From Candidatus Latescibacterota bacterium (GTDB taxonomy: Bacteria; Latescibacterota; UBA2968; UBA8231): a stretch of DNA of 64,000 nucleotides. The stretch is from contig OZ244561.1 in NCBI GenBank assembly GCA_965217585.1, positions 6,912,001 to 6,976,000 on the forward strand, written 5' to 3'. Within the stretch, counting starts at the first letter, position 1. Each line of letters starts with the position of its first letter. Of this stretch, positions 49,331 to 57,943 are shown in pieces. Position numbers and translations under genes: made by a program. Under the pieces are notes generated by a model. It did no database searches. It was not told where the DNA came from and worked only from the letters and a program-made list of their open reading frames with translations.

Positions 49331-50971
49331 ATGAAAATACTTTTACTTTATCTGGGAACTCAGATCCTCCTGAGTTTGCAGTTTGCCGGCTGCGGTGAGA
49401 AAGAACCCATCGTCGCCCGGATCGGCGACGCCGATCTCGCAGTGGCGGATTTCAAACGCTTTGTGGGCAACCTGCCGCCCGAACTGCGGAGCGAGAAACA
49501 GGGCCGTGAAGCCGACCTCGACTATCTCAATTCCATGGTGGACCAGGAGTTGCTGCTGATGGAGGCCCGGGCCCGAGGGATAGATACCAGCGCCGCGATT
49601 GCGACCCAACTCCAAGATCTGATTCGGCTGCAGTTGGCTGGCCGCTACAGGGCCCAAGTTATTGACACGCGCATTAAAATCGCCTCGGAGGATATCCAAC
49701 GCGCTTTTGTGGATATGGGTTTTAACCGGGAGCGGCTGTACAGCCGCATTTTACTGTACACCCGTGAAGAGGTCGACGAGGTGATGCAGCAGCTTGGCCA
49801 TGGCAGGACCTTCGAGGAAATGGCGCGCCGTTTTGCCGACCATGATGCCTTTGCCCGGGAGGACGGCACCATGGACTGGATCGGTCGCACCCAGGCCGAG
49901 CGCTTCGGCATCTCTAAGCAGGATTTCTTTTCGCTGGCCGTAGGACAGGTTGCCGAGCCCCTGCGCATGCCTGGTTTCTGGCAGATTTACCGCTTTTTGG
50001 ACGACCGGGAAGCCAAAATAGAAAAATACCAGCAAGAGATCGGCAAGAAACTCTACAGGGAACAGCAGAGGATCCGGACTCAGGCAGAGTTTGAGGTTCT
50101 GAGTCGCAAGTACGGATTGCGCCTTCACCCAGAGGGAGTTCGCCTGCTGGTGCGGCGGAGTGCGCAGAAAAACCTCGACCTGACACCCGCAGAGGCAGCT
50201 CGGCCTCTGTACAGCTTCGCAGGCGGCAAAATGACCCTAGGGGCCTACCTGAACCAACTGCGCTCCAAGGGGTTTCGAGGGGGACTGATGGATAGCGTCC
50301 AAGTGGTCAAGTCGGCAAAAATTTCCGCGCTGCACCCCTCGCTCTTTGCCCGGGCCGGACGCGAGCGGGGATGGGGCGAGGAGCCCGCCTTCGTCGAGTG
50401 GCGCAAGCGCAAGAACAAAGAACTGATCCTGAAGGCCCTGATGAAAGCAGAGACGACCACTCGCATGGATCTCAATGAAACCGTACTCAGGGATTTCTAC
50501 GAGGCGGACCCGGGGCGCTTCCGCGATGCGGCAGAAGTTACTGTGCGGGAAATCTGGGTCCATGCAGAGGAAGAAGCCAGAGGATTGCGGGCGGAAATCG
50601 AACGGGGTGCCGACATAGCTGAGCTACTGCACCGGCCTGGCGTGCACTCCCACGGCAGCCTGCGCCGGGGAGGCGAACTAGTCCTCCGGCACCTGCTTAG
50701 ACCGGCCTATCCGGCACTGGTGGACACCGCGTTTGCGGCCCAAGAGGGCGACTTGGTAGGCCCCGTGGCCCTAGAAGAGATGGAAGCCTTTGCGATTTTT
50801 CGGGTCCTCGAGCGCAAAGACAGTCGCATCAGGACCTTTGAGGAGGCCCAAAAACAAGTGCGGGCCCGGGTGCGGGCCGAACAGGAACGCGAACTAAGCA
50901 CCGATTTTCTGAAGCGCCTGCAGGAGAAATACAGGGATCGAATCGAATTGTTCGTAGAGCGGCTTGAGTAA
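49331..50971 (+). CDS. PrsA/SurA-like parvulin (PpiC) peptidyl-prolyl isomerase lipoprotein with two foldase units
   Basis: FAGC lipobox; VARIG, ELLLMEARARG, FEEMARRF, VREIWV..EEEA, GDLVGPV, FEEA. Confidence 0.8.
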   Translation: MKILLLYLGTQILLSLQFAGCGEKEPIVARIGDADLAVADFKRFVGNLPPELRSEKQGREADLDYLNSMVDQELLLMEARARGIDTSAAIATQLQDLIRLQLAGRYRAQVIDTRIKIASEDIQRAFVDMGFNRERLYSRILLYTREEVDEVMQQLGHGRTFEEMARRFADHDAFAREDGTMDWIGRTQAERFGISKQDFFSLAVGQVAEPLRMPGFWQIYRFLDDREAKIEKYQQEIGKKLYREQQRIRTQAEFEVLSRKYGLRLHPEGVRLLVRRSAQKNLDLTPAEAARPLYSFAGGKMTLGAYLNQLRSKGFRGGLMDSVQVVKSAKISALHPSLFARAGRERGWGEEPAFVEWRKRKNKELILKALMKAETTTRMDLNETVLRDFYEADPGRFRDAAEVTVREIWVHAEEEARGLRAEIERGADIAELLHRPGVHSHGSLRRGGELVLRHLLRPAYPALVDTAFAAQEGDLVGPVALEEMEAFAIFRVLERKDSRIRTFEEAQKQVRARVRAEQERELSTDFLKRLQEKYRDRIELFVERLE

Positions 50972-51006
50972 TCTGGTCGAGATTCTTGCAGCTCGTGGAA
51001 TAATCC

Positions 51007-51012
51007 TATAAT
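51007..51012 (+). promoter_or_regulatory. Putative sigma70 -10 element for the 51148 operon
   Basis: Perfect TATAAT with TTGCAG 15 bp upstream (50986-50991; short spacer). Confidence 0.45.
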
Positions 51013-51147
51013 TGGGGACGCGCTAGCGGTCGACCACCGTCCATTCTGAGGCTGCACCCAAGGACCGCCGGGACTACTAGCTCTTCAAACCGGCGGTAAA
51101 CTCTTCGGTATAGGAATGTTTCTTGGGCTGGAAAAGGGGGTTTGTAG

Positions 51148-53817
51148 ATGAGACCGACACTCAAGGTATTTTGTGGTCTCCTCGTGGCTCTGGGGAACCT
51201 GGGCGGAGGGCCGGTGCTGGGACAGCCCGACTACGGCACGCGGTTGGGATTGGGCCAAGGCCTGGATCTCAGTTTTGAGCCCCAGGGCCCCGGGGTCATG
51301 CTGGGTGCTCTGGACCCGGCTGTGCGTCGCTGGTACGTGCCCCAGGAGCTTTTTGCGGAATACCAGTGGCGCCAGTGGGAGTACACCAACTATGCCCGCG
51401 ACCCGTACCAGCGCTATGTTAGCACCGCCCTAGAGGGTGATTACTTCTATGATATTTACGGCAATTTCCTAGCGCGCGGCTGGTTGATTTTCAACAACTC
51501 CCAGATCCGTCCCCAGCAGTTCGGGAATTCTCTCTTCAAAGCCACCCGCTTTGACCGGTGGTTCTCAGGGGTGGTGATAGCGGCCGATCACAAGGGCCAA
51601 TATTACTACACCATGACCCTGAGCAACCGGCTCCGCACCATCCTGACCCCCATGGTCTTTGCAAAACCGCGCATGGATGCGGTCCAGTTCGACTTGGCCA
51701 CGGACCGCTACGAAGCTACCCTGCTCTATTCGCGCGTCAGCAGTCCAGGTGGCGTCGATACCGACAACGAGGAACTCCTGCGGACCAACAATACTACCTT
51801 GGTGGGAGGACGCTTGGTCTTTCGAGTGGGGGACTTTGTAAAGGTAGGAGGGCACGTGGTTAATGCCCACCAATCCAATACCCTGTCGGACAAAATGGCG
51901 TGGAATCCCTTTACCGGCGGACTGACCGTGGACCAGAACCGCTCGATCAGTCGAATCCAACTGGTGCTGCGGGACGATTCGCCCGCAGATGGAAGAGGGG
52001 GAGCCGCCTTTTTTGCGGCCGGTTCGGACATCATCATCACCTACCGGGATGGCACAGTCGAAAAAGGCAAGGATATCCGCTTCAAACCCGTTGTAGAGGG
52101 AGGGTTTGTGCAGCAGGGTTTTATTGCGGCCGACGGCAACGAAGAGATCCGCCTACTCTACGACTTCGACAGCCCCGCCTTTCTGGACCGGACCAATTTT
52201 TCCAAAAGCGAAATCGCCGGGGTGGCGTTCCAGTTGCAGATGGGCAACGACTACCAGATCTGGATGACCTCAGACCGGCAGACGGACGACAACGGACAAC
52301 CGGTTCTCCTGCTGGTCGCCCGGGCCGAAGGCAATGTCCAGGATCTCACTAACCTGCAGACTGTGTACTTTGAAAGCGGCCTGCCCACGGCCACCCACAT
52401 TGCGGGGGGTAGCGTGGAAGTGCGCGACCTGCTGGGGTTCGACTTCTACGGCGAATACGACCTGAGCTGGAGCTTCCGCAAGTACCCCAATACCCTCGAA
52501 GAGACGCACAAGACCTCTGCGGGCATCAAAGGCAAGGAGAGCGCGCCAGCCTGGATGGTAAACCTATCTAAGAAGGCATATCCGTGGTTCGCATTCGGCG
52601 AGGTCTACAGCATGGATCCATTTTACAATACCCGAACCTTTGTCACCTCGGGCACGGGCGAGATCGACTACGCCAGCGAACGCCGGAGCGTGATGGAATT
52701 CGTCGAAGACAACGACGATCAGGACAGGATTCCGGATACCGTGCGCTTTGACTGGTTGGCCGGCGACAATACGGTCTTCCCCGGATGGGACCAAAACAAC
52801 GATTTCATCCCGGACTTCAACCAAAACGACAACTTTGAGCGCATAAACGCCGTGCCGGATTACGAAGAGCCCTTTTTTCGCTTCGGGGTAGACCGGCCCG
52901 AATTCCTCTTTGGCGTGGATCTGAATCACAATTTCTGGATTGACCAGTACGAAAACGACGAAGAGCCCGACTACCCCTATCGCAAGGATCACAGGGGGTT
53001 CAACCTCTACGGCGGGGCCCATATCACGCCCGGAGCAAAGCTGGTGATAGGGGCGCTGCGCGAGGAGTTGATCTCGGCGCACAAAAAGAACCACAGCACC
53101 TATGCCTTGCTGAGCCTCGAAGAAGACCTACCCCGCTATGGCCGCATACGGTTTTTCGAGATGATCCAGCGAGTCGAAGACGATATACCCAATCCGCTCC
53201 TGCAGTGGTCGCCGAACAACTCTCTGCAGGGTGGCGAACTCGTCAAGGTAGAGGATCCACTCCTGGCGCGGGACACTTGGGTGAATCACGTCTTCCTAGG
53301 GCACGTCCTGCAAGCGTCCTCTCTGTTTGCCATGAGCAAAATAAACTACGCGCTCTTCCTCCAGCGCACGAGCGAGAGCCAACGCCGGGAACTGGAACTG
53401 GACGCCGCGGATTTCTTCTTCGGGGCGATCAGCAAGGTGAGCTATCGCCATTCCCTGGGCTCCTTCATTTTTGAGCCGCGCTGGAAGAGTGAGTTCACCA
53501 AACAGACCCGCACTTTGTTCACCTTGGAAGAGCGCACCACCCTGAGCGAGTTGGTGGCGGGGCTAGTCGAAACCAATATCCTGCGGGCTACCCGGGTGCA
53601 GCTCGGGCTCGAATATCTGTTTTTTAACGATTTTGATGGAGATGTGCGGGATTTTAACTCGCTGACCTTGGCCCTGCAGTTCACCAATGAATCGAATTAC
53701 CTAGGTTACCGGCTGCGCGCCCTAGTGGGCACGGTGTTGGAACGAAAGGATTTCAAGGAGATGGAGTCCCGAACTACGAATCATTCGTTTATAACCATTT
53801 ATGCGGGTTTGGAATAG
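51148..53817 (+). CDS. Large exported hypothetical protein, predicted outer-membrane beta-barrel with Asp/Asn-rich loops, paralog A
   Basis: Signal peptide then QPDYGTRLG; amphipathic strands in the C-terminal third ending SFITIYAGLE; EDNDDQD and DQNNDFIPDFNQND motifs. Confidence 0.65.
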   Translation: MRPTLKVFCGLLVALGNLGGGPVLGQPDYGTRLGLGQGLDLSFEPQGPGVMLGALDPAVRRWYVPQELFAEYQWRQWEYTNYARDPYQRYVSTALEGDYFYDIYGNFLARGWLIFNNSQIRPQQFGNSLFKATRFDRWFSGVVIAADHKGQYYYTMTLSNRLRTILTPMVFAKPRMDAVQFDLATDRYEATLLYSRVSSPGGVDTDNEELLRTNNTTLVGGRLVFRVGDFVKVGGHVVNAHQSNTLSDKMAWNPFTGGLTVDQNRSISRIQLVLRDDSPADGRGGAAFFAAGSDIIITYRDGTVEKGKDIRFKPVVEGGFVQQGFIAADGNEEIRLLYDFDSPAFLDRTNFSKSEIAGVAFQLQMGNDYQIWMTSDRQTDDNGQPVLLLVARAEGNVQDLTNLQTVYFESGLPTATHIAGGSVEVRDLLGFDFYGEYDLSWSFRKYPNTLEETHKTSAGIKGKESAPAWMVNLSKKAYPWFAFGEVYSMDPFYNTRTFVTSGTGEIDYASERRSVMEFVEDNDDQDRIPDTVRFDWLAGDNTVFPGWDQNNDFIPDFNQNDNFERINAVPDYEEPFFRFGVDRPEFLFGVDLNHNFWIDQYENDEEPDYPYRKDHRGFNLYGGAHITPGAKLVIGALREELISAHKKNHSTYALLSLEEDLPRYGRIRFFEMIQRVEDDIPNPLLQWSPNNSLQGGELVKVEDPLLARDTWVNHVFLGHVLQASSLFAMSKINYALFLQRTSESQRRELELDAADFFFGAISKVSYRHSLGSFIFEPRWKSEFTKQTRTLFTLEERTTLSELVAGLVETNILRATRVQLGLEYLFFNDFDGDVRDFNSLTLALQFTNESNYLGYRLRALVGTVLERKDFKEMESRTTNHSFITIYAGLE

Positions 53818-53832
53818 ATTTGAGGCACAAAC

Positions 53833-55857
53833 TTGAATCCAAAAGGCAACGGAGGCAAACTTGCCTTGGAGGCCGCTGGTATTGGCCTACTGGCCCTATT
53901 TCTCCGGTTGGTCCACCTCCAGCAGCAGACCCAGAATCCTCTCTTCGAGGTGCCCGTGGCCGCGGCTCGGACCTTTGTAGCCCTGGCCCGGGAACTGCTG
54001 CGCCAGGGATCGTTGCCGCCGGATGCGCCGCCTTCCCTGTACCCCTTTTTTCTAGGGGGGCTCTTTTGGCTTTGCGGCGAAGCCTACGGGGCAGCCCGCT
54101 TGGTCCAGGCGCTGCTGGGAGCGGTCAACTGCGTGCTGTTGTGGCGCTTGGGATACGCGCTCTTTTCGTCGCGCCCCATAGCCCTTGGTACCGGGCTAGC
54201 AGCCGCTCTGTACGGGCCTTTGTTCTTCTTGGGCGGGTCTCTGCTGCCGCCCGTGCTAGCCGTTTTTTTTACTCTACTCTCCCTGCACGCCCTGCTGTGG
54301 GCCATGTCCGGAGAGTCGGTTTGGCGCTTCGGGATGCCGGGGCTGCTGCTGGGCCTAGCCGCTTTGAGCGGGGCTCACGTGCTGCTCTTTGCTCTAGGTG
54401 TCTTGCTCTGGCTCTGGTTGCCGGAAAGGAGGGGTTTGGGAGCTGGAGCCGGGCTGGTTCTGGGGCTGGCGGTGATCCTGCTGCCGGTTTTTCTGTGGAG
54501 CGGATGGGCGGGGGAAATGCTCTACCCTTCTTTCGGACTTGCGGCGCAAAACCTTTACCTTTTCTGGCAAGGGCAGGAGTTTTTGCCCGACCTGGATCCG
54601 TACTACGGACGCGAGTTTTCGGGGCTACTGGCCGCCTTGATGTGGAAAGGCTGGATAGGGTTCCCCTTTGGCCTTGTAGCCCCCTTGGCTCTGGTGGGCC
54701 TGGGCTTTCGACTCAGGTCGCCGGAACGCTCGCAGGCGGAAACCCCTATTCTCCTCTTTGTCGTCACTTGCTGTGTGGAAACCCTGTTTTTCGAGTGTAC
54801 CTCCGGCACCAGGGCAGTGCTGGTGCCGGGGTTCCTGCTCTTTGCCGCCGTCGGTATGGGGGAATGGAAGCGGGCCTCTTGGCCGCAGCGGGGCGCGGGC
54901 GCAGTTGCTCTGGTACTACTGGGCGTGGGACTAAACCGGGGTCAGATGGAAAAGACGGCGCAACCGCTCCAGCACCATTGGTTGGGGTACGCCTATGAAC
55001 AGCTAGATATGAAGGTCAATGCGGTCCGGGAGTACGAAAAAGCGATTTTCCTAGGAATAGAGCGCATGGACACTTATCTCGCCCTGGCCGGGCTCTACAG
55101 CGCCGGAGGGAAATACGATCGAGCCATCAGAGTGTACCGCGACCTGCTGCAGCGCTGGCCCGGAGAGTCCGCAGTGCGGCTGGCACTGGGGGACCACTAC
55201 GCGAAGGCGGGGCTCGCAGCCCAAGCCTCCACCGTGTATCGGGCGCTGCGGGAGGAGGGCGGCGATTCTGCGGTGTTGCTGCCGCGGCTGGCCCAGGCCC
55301 GTCTGGGCAGCCAGGATGCTCCGGGAGCCATTGAGGCCTACCGAGAATTGCTCAAAATCCAGCCGGAGAATGATCGGGTGCGCTTCCAACTGGGCATGCT
55401 CTACACCAAAGAAGGACGGATTCAGGAGGCCCAGGCGGCCTACCGTCCGCTGCTGCAGAATGCCGCCTGGGTGGCCGTAGCCGGTCCCCGCTTGGCGGAC
55501 CTACTGATGCGGACGCGGCAAGAGGCCGAGTCCGAGCAGGTGCTCATACAGACCTTGAGAGCTGCGCCCGACTCGGCACCGGCCCTAGCCCTGCTGGGCA
55601 AGTTGCTCTACGACCGGGGCCGCCACGAGGAATCCCTGCTGTATTTCGAACGCTTGCGTCCACTGCAGGCAGAGGATTTCCGCGTGTACTTTTATTTGAC
55701 CAAGCTCTACCAGGAGTTGGGCAGAGAGCGAGAAGCAGAGGAGGCCATGGACCTCTACCTCGAGTACCGTCGGCAAAAACACCGGGCGGATATTCAGCGA
55801 CACGCGCAAGAAGAAAGCGCCTTACTGCTAAAAAATATCTTAGGAGAAATCCATTGA
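53833..55857 (+). CDS. GT-C/PMT-like multi-TM protein with C-terminal TPR repeats
   Basis: PSLYPFFL, RLVQALLG, AALYGPL..L...LL (ArnT/PMT_2-like) followed by tandem TPR helices. Confidence 0.7.
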   Translation: MNPKGNGGKLALEAAGIGLLALFLRLVHLQQQTQNPLFEVPVAAARTFVALARELLRQGSLPPDAPPSLYPFFLGGLFWLCGEAYGAARLVQALLGAVNCVLLWRLGYALFSSRPIALGTGLAAALYGPLFFLGGSLLPPVLAVFFTLLSLHALLWAMSGESVWRFGMPGLLLGLAALSGAHVLLFALGVLLWLWLPERRGLGAGAGLVLGLAVILLPVFLWSGWAGEMLYPSFGLAAQNLYLFWQGQEFLPDLDPYYGREFSGLLAALMWKGWIGFPFGLVAPLALVGLGFRLRSPERSQAETPILLFVVTCCVETLFFECTSGTRAVLVPGFLLFAAVGMGEWKRASWPQRGAGAVALVLLGVGLNRGQMEKTAQPLQHHWLGYAYEQLDMKVNAVREYEKAIFLGIERMDTYLALAGLYSAGGKYDRAIRVYRDLLQRWPGESAVRLALGDHYAKAGLAAQASTVYRALREEGGDSAVLLPRLAQARLGSQDAPGAIEAYRELLKIQPENDRVRFQLGMLYTKEGRIQEAQAAYRPLLQNAAWVAVAGPRLADLLMRTRQEAESEQVLIQTLRAAPDSAPALALLGKLLYDRGRHEESLLYFERLRPLQAEDFRVYFYLTKLYQELGREREAEEAMDLYLEYRRQKHRADIQRHAQEESALLLKNILGEIH

Positions 55858-57929
55858 AGAGGCGCGTACTATACTCGCTGGGAATGGCTGGGCTGCTTCT
55901 AGGATCGGATACCCTGGGCCTTGAGGTCCTGCGCTTTGGCCAGGGGGAACAGGTCACTTGGGAGGGGGAGATCTCGGGGGCCGAGGGCATTTCAATCATC
56001 GCACCGGAATACCGCACCGCGCTGGACCCGAATGTCACGGAAATTGGGGTTGCACCGGGCGACCTGATCGAGTTTGAAAATCCCGATTTCCCCAGGAGCA
56101 TCATGCCCCGCCGGGTCCAGAAGGAGCAAAATCTGGCCGTGGATGTGGTCGAGCGCGGCGGCAGCATCAGTGTCCCCAATGCGATCGACATTGTCAGGGT
56201 TCAGTTGGCGACTATCCTAGCGGGAGTCATTTCACCGGATCCCACGGGCAATGCCTTTGAGCGCAAGGGGAAGAAGATCTTGGGTACCCTGATCGTCTTG
56301 GATCTGGGGGCTCGGGTTGGGGTCAATCGGGTCCGCTTTTTCCCGCGCAACACCCTGTTCCCCTCCCCTACGACTCCCTTCCAAGACGACTTTCTAAAGA
56401 ATTTCGACCTCCTGGTCAACGACGGGCTGGTGCTGACCGATGCCGGTCTACCGATCTGGGAGACGTACCACAGCCGCCTCAATAATACCGAACCCATCAC
56501 AGTGATCGACGTCGATCCGCCGCGCTACCTCCGCTTTATCCGCCTGCGGGCTACCTCTGCGGTTCCCTTCGAGATTGAGAAGCTGCAGGTCTTTGGCGAA
56601 GGGTTTTTTCCCGCGGCCCAGTATCTCTCGCCCGTAATCGACATCGGCCTTCCGGCCAACTGGGGCCGGTTGCGCTGGGAACTGGAGGCCCTAGGCAATA
56701 AGAAAAAGGGGAATGTACAGATCCGCACCCGTACCGGTGCGGATGCGACCCCCTTTGTCTATAACCGCAAGCGAGTCGGCAAAGCCGATGCCGAGGAGAT
56801 TCCCTTTTCGGTAGATGATCCATCCGAACCGCTCTCCCGGCGAGACTTTCTGAAGCTGCGGCCCAAGGGCAACCCGGACGATGAATGGGAGCGTGGCTCG
56901 GTAGAGGAAGACTTGGAGAACTGGAGTCCGTGGACTCCACCCTATTCCATAGAGGCAGCCACTAGCGAGGAGGGCACGCGGATCCTTTCGCCCGGCCCCA
57001 AGCGCTATTTCCAGTTCCGCGCGGATTTTGTGAGCGAGGACCTGGAGTCGAGCTATGTGCTAAAAAATCTGTCCTTCGACTACACTACTCCGGCTCTGGC
57101 CGATGAACTGGTAGCCGAGATCTTCCCCCGAGAAGTGTCTGCAGCCACGGATATTTCCTTTGTGTACACCGTGCGCACATCAATGAACAGCGTCAATCTG
57201 CAGGGTTTCAACGGCCTAGAGATATTCACCCAAGGGCAGCCCGAGCGCATCGAGCGCATCGAGATCATCGACGGCAACAACCAGACCACAGTAGACCATA
57301 TCTTTGCAACCCAGGATGCGGTCACCGATGAAGGCGAGGTCGGCATCACCTCCTTTACCCACGAGGGATTCACCGTGCGTTTCCCTCACATACAGGAGGA
57401 CAATACCCTCCTGAAGATCTACTTTGTCAGCCGAATTTTGACCTACAGCAGTGCTTTTGCAGGACGAGCCTTGATCGTGGGAGGGGATACCTTTCAGAAT
57501 GTGGTCTCCGGCGACGCGGCCACCTTGGACGAGGCGGATTCTCCCTTTGATTCGGGAGTTGTGGTCCTGAGTCCAGCCGTAGCCAGAGCGGACCTGATCG
57601 GGGATTTCGACTTGGACGCTCCGCTACTAACCCCGAACGGCGATGGAGTGAATGACAGGTTAGAGCTGCGCTGTGAGGTCCTGACGGTGGTGGGCCAGGC
57701 CCACATCACCATAGAAGTCCTCGATCTCAGCGGCCGACGGGTGCGCTCCCTCTTCGACCACAAAGGAGAGAACGGGGTGTACGACAGGGCCCGTTTTGCT
57801 GAGTTGGGATGGGATGGCAGGGACGTGCAGGGTCATTTGGTGCCCCCCGGACTGTACCTGGTCCGGCTTGGGGTGGACGGCGATGCGCGCTCCAGTACTG
57901 CCTTGCGTACCCTAGGGATTACTTATTGA
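55854..57929 (+). CDS. Secreted protein with C-terminal FlgD-Ig / T9SS type-B-like domain
   Basis: Signal peptide; DLGARVGVNRVRFFPR discoidin-like region; LTPNGDGVND...DLSGRRVR...WDGRD..G..VPPGLYL. Confidence 0.75.
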   Translation: MKRRVLYSLGMAGLLLGSDTLGLEVLRFGQGEQVTWEGEISGAEGISIIAPEYRTALDPNVTEIGVAPGDLIEFENPDFPRSIMPRRVQKEQNLAVDVVERGGSISVPNAIDIVRVQLATILAGVISPDPTGNAFERKGKKILGTLIVLDLGARVGVNRVRFFPRNTLFPSPTTPFQDDFLKNFDLLVNDGLVLTDAGLPIWETYHSRLNNTEPITVIDVDPPRYLRFIRLRATSAVPFEIEKLQVFGEGFFPAAQYLSPVIDIGLPANWGRLRWELEALGNKKKGNVQIRTRTGADATPFVYNRKRVGKADAEEIPFSVDDPSEPLSRRDFLKLRPKGNPDDEWERGSVEEDLENWSPWTPPYSIEAATSEEGTRILSPGPKRYFQFRADFVSEDLESSYVLKNLSFDYTTPALADELVAEIFPREVSAATDISFVYTVRTSMNSVNLQGFNGLEIFTQGQPERIERIEIIDGNNQTTVDHIFATQDAVTDEGEVGITSFTHEGFTVRFPHIQEDNTLLKIYFVSRILTYSSAFAGRALIVGGDTFQNVVSGDAATLDEADSPFDSGVVVLSPAVARADLIGDFDLDAPLLTPNGDGVNDRLELRCEVLTVVGQAHITIEVLDLSGRRVRSLFDHKGENGVYDRARFAELGWDGRDVQGHLVPPGLYLVRLGVDGDARSSTALRTLGITY

Positions 57930-57943
57930 GCAGGAAGACCGTT

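Noticed and set aside
53820-54998. Long alternative-frame or antisense ORFs (e.g. 53820-54998, 39582-40535, 45516-46454, 35643-36539)
   Set aside because: Arg/Pro/Gly-rich shadow ORFs expected in high-GC DNA, overlapping well-supported genes.
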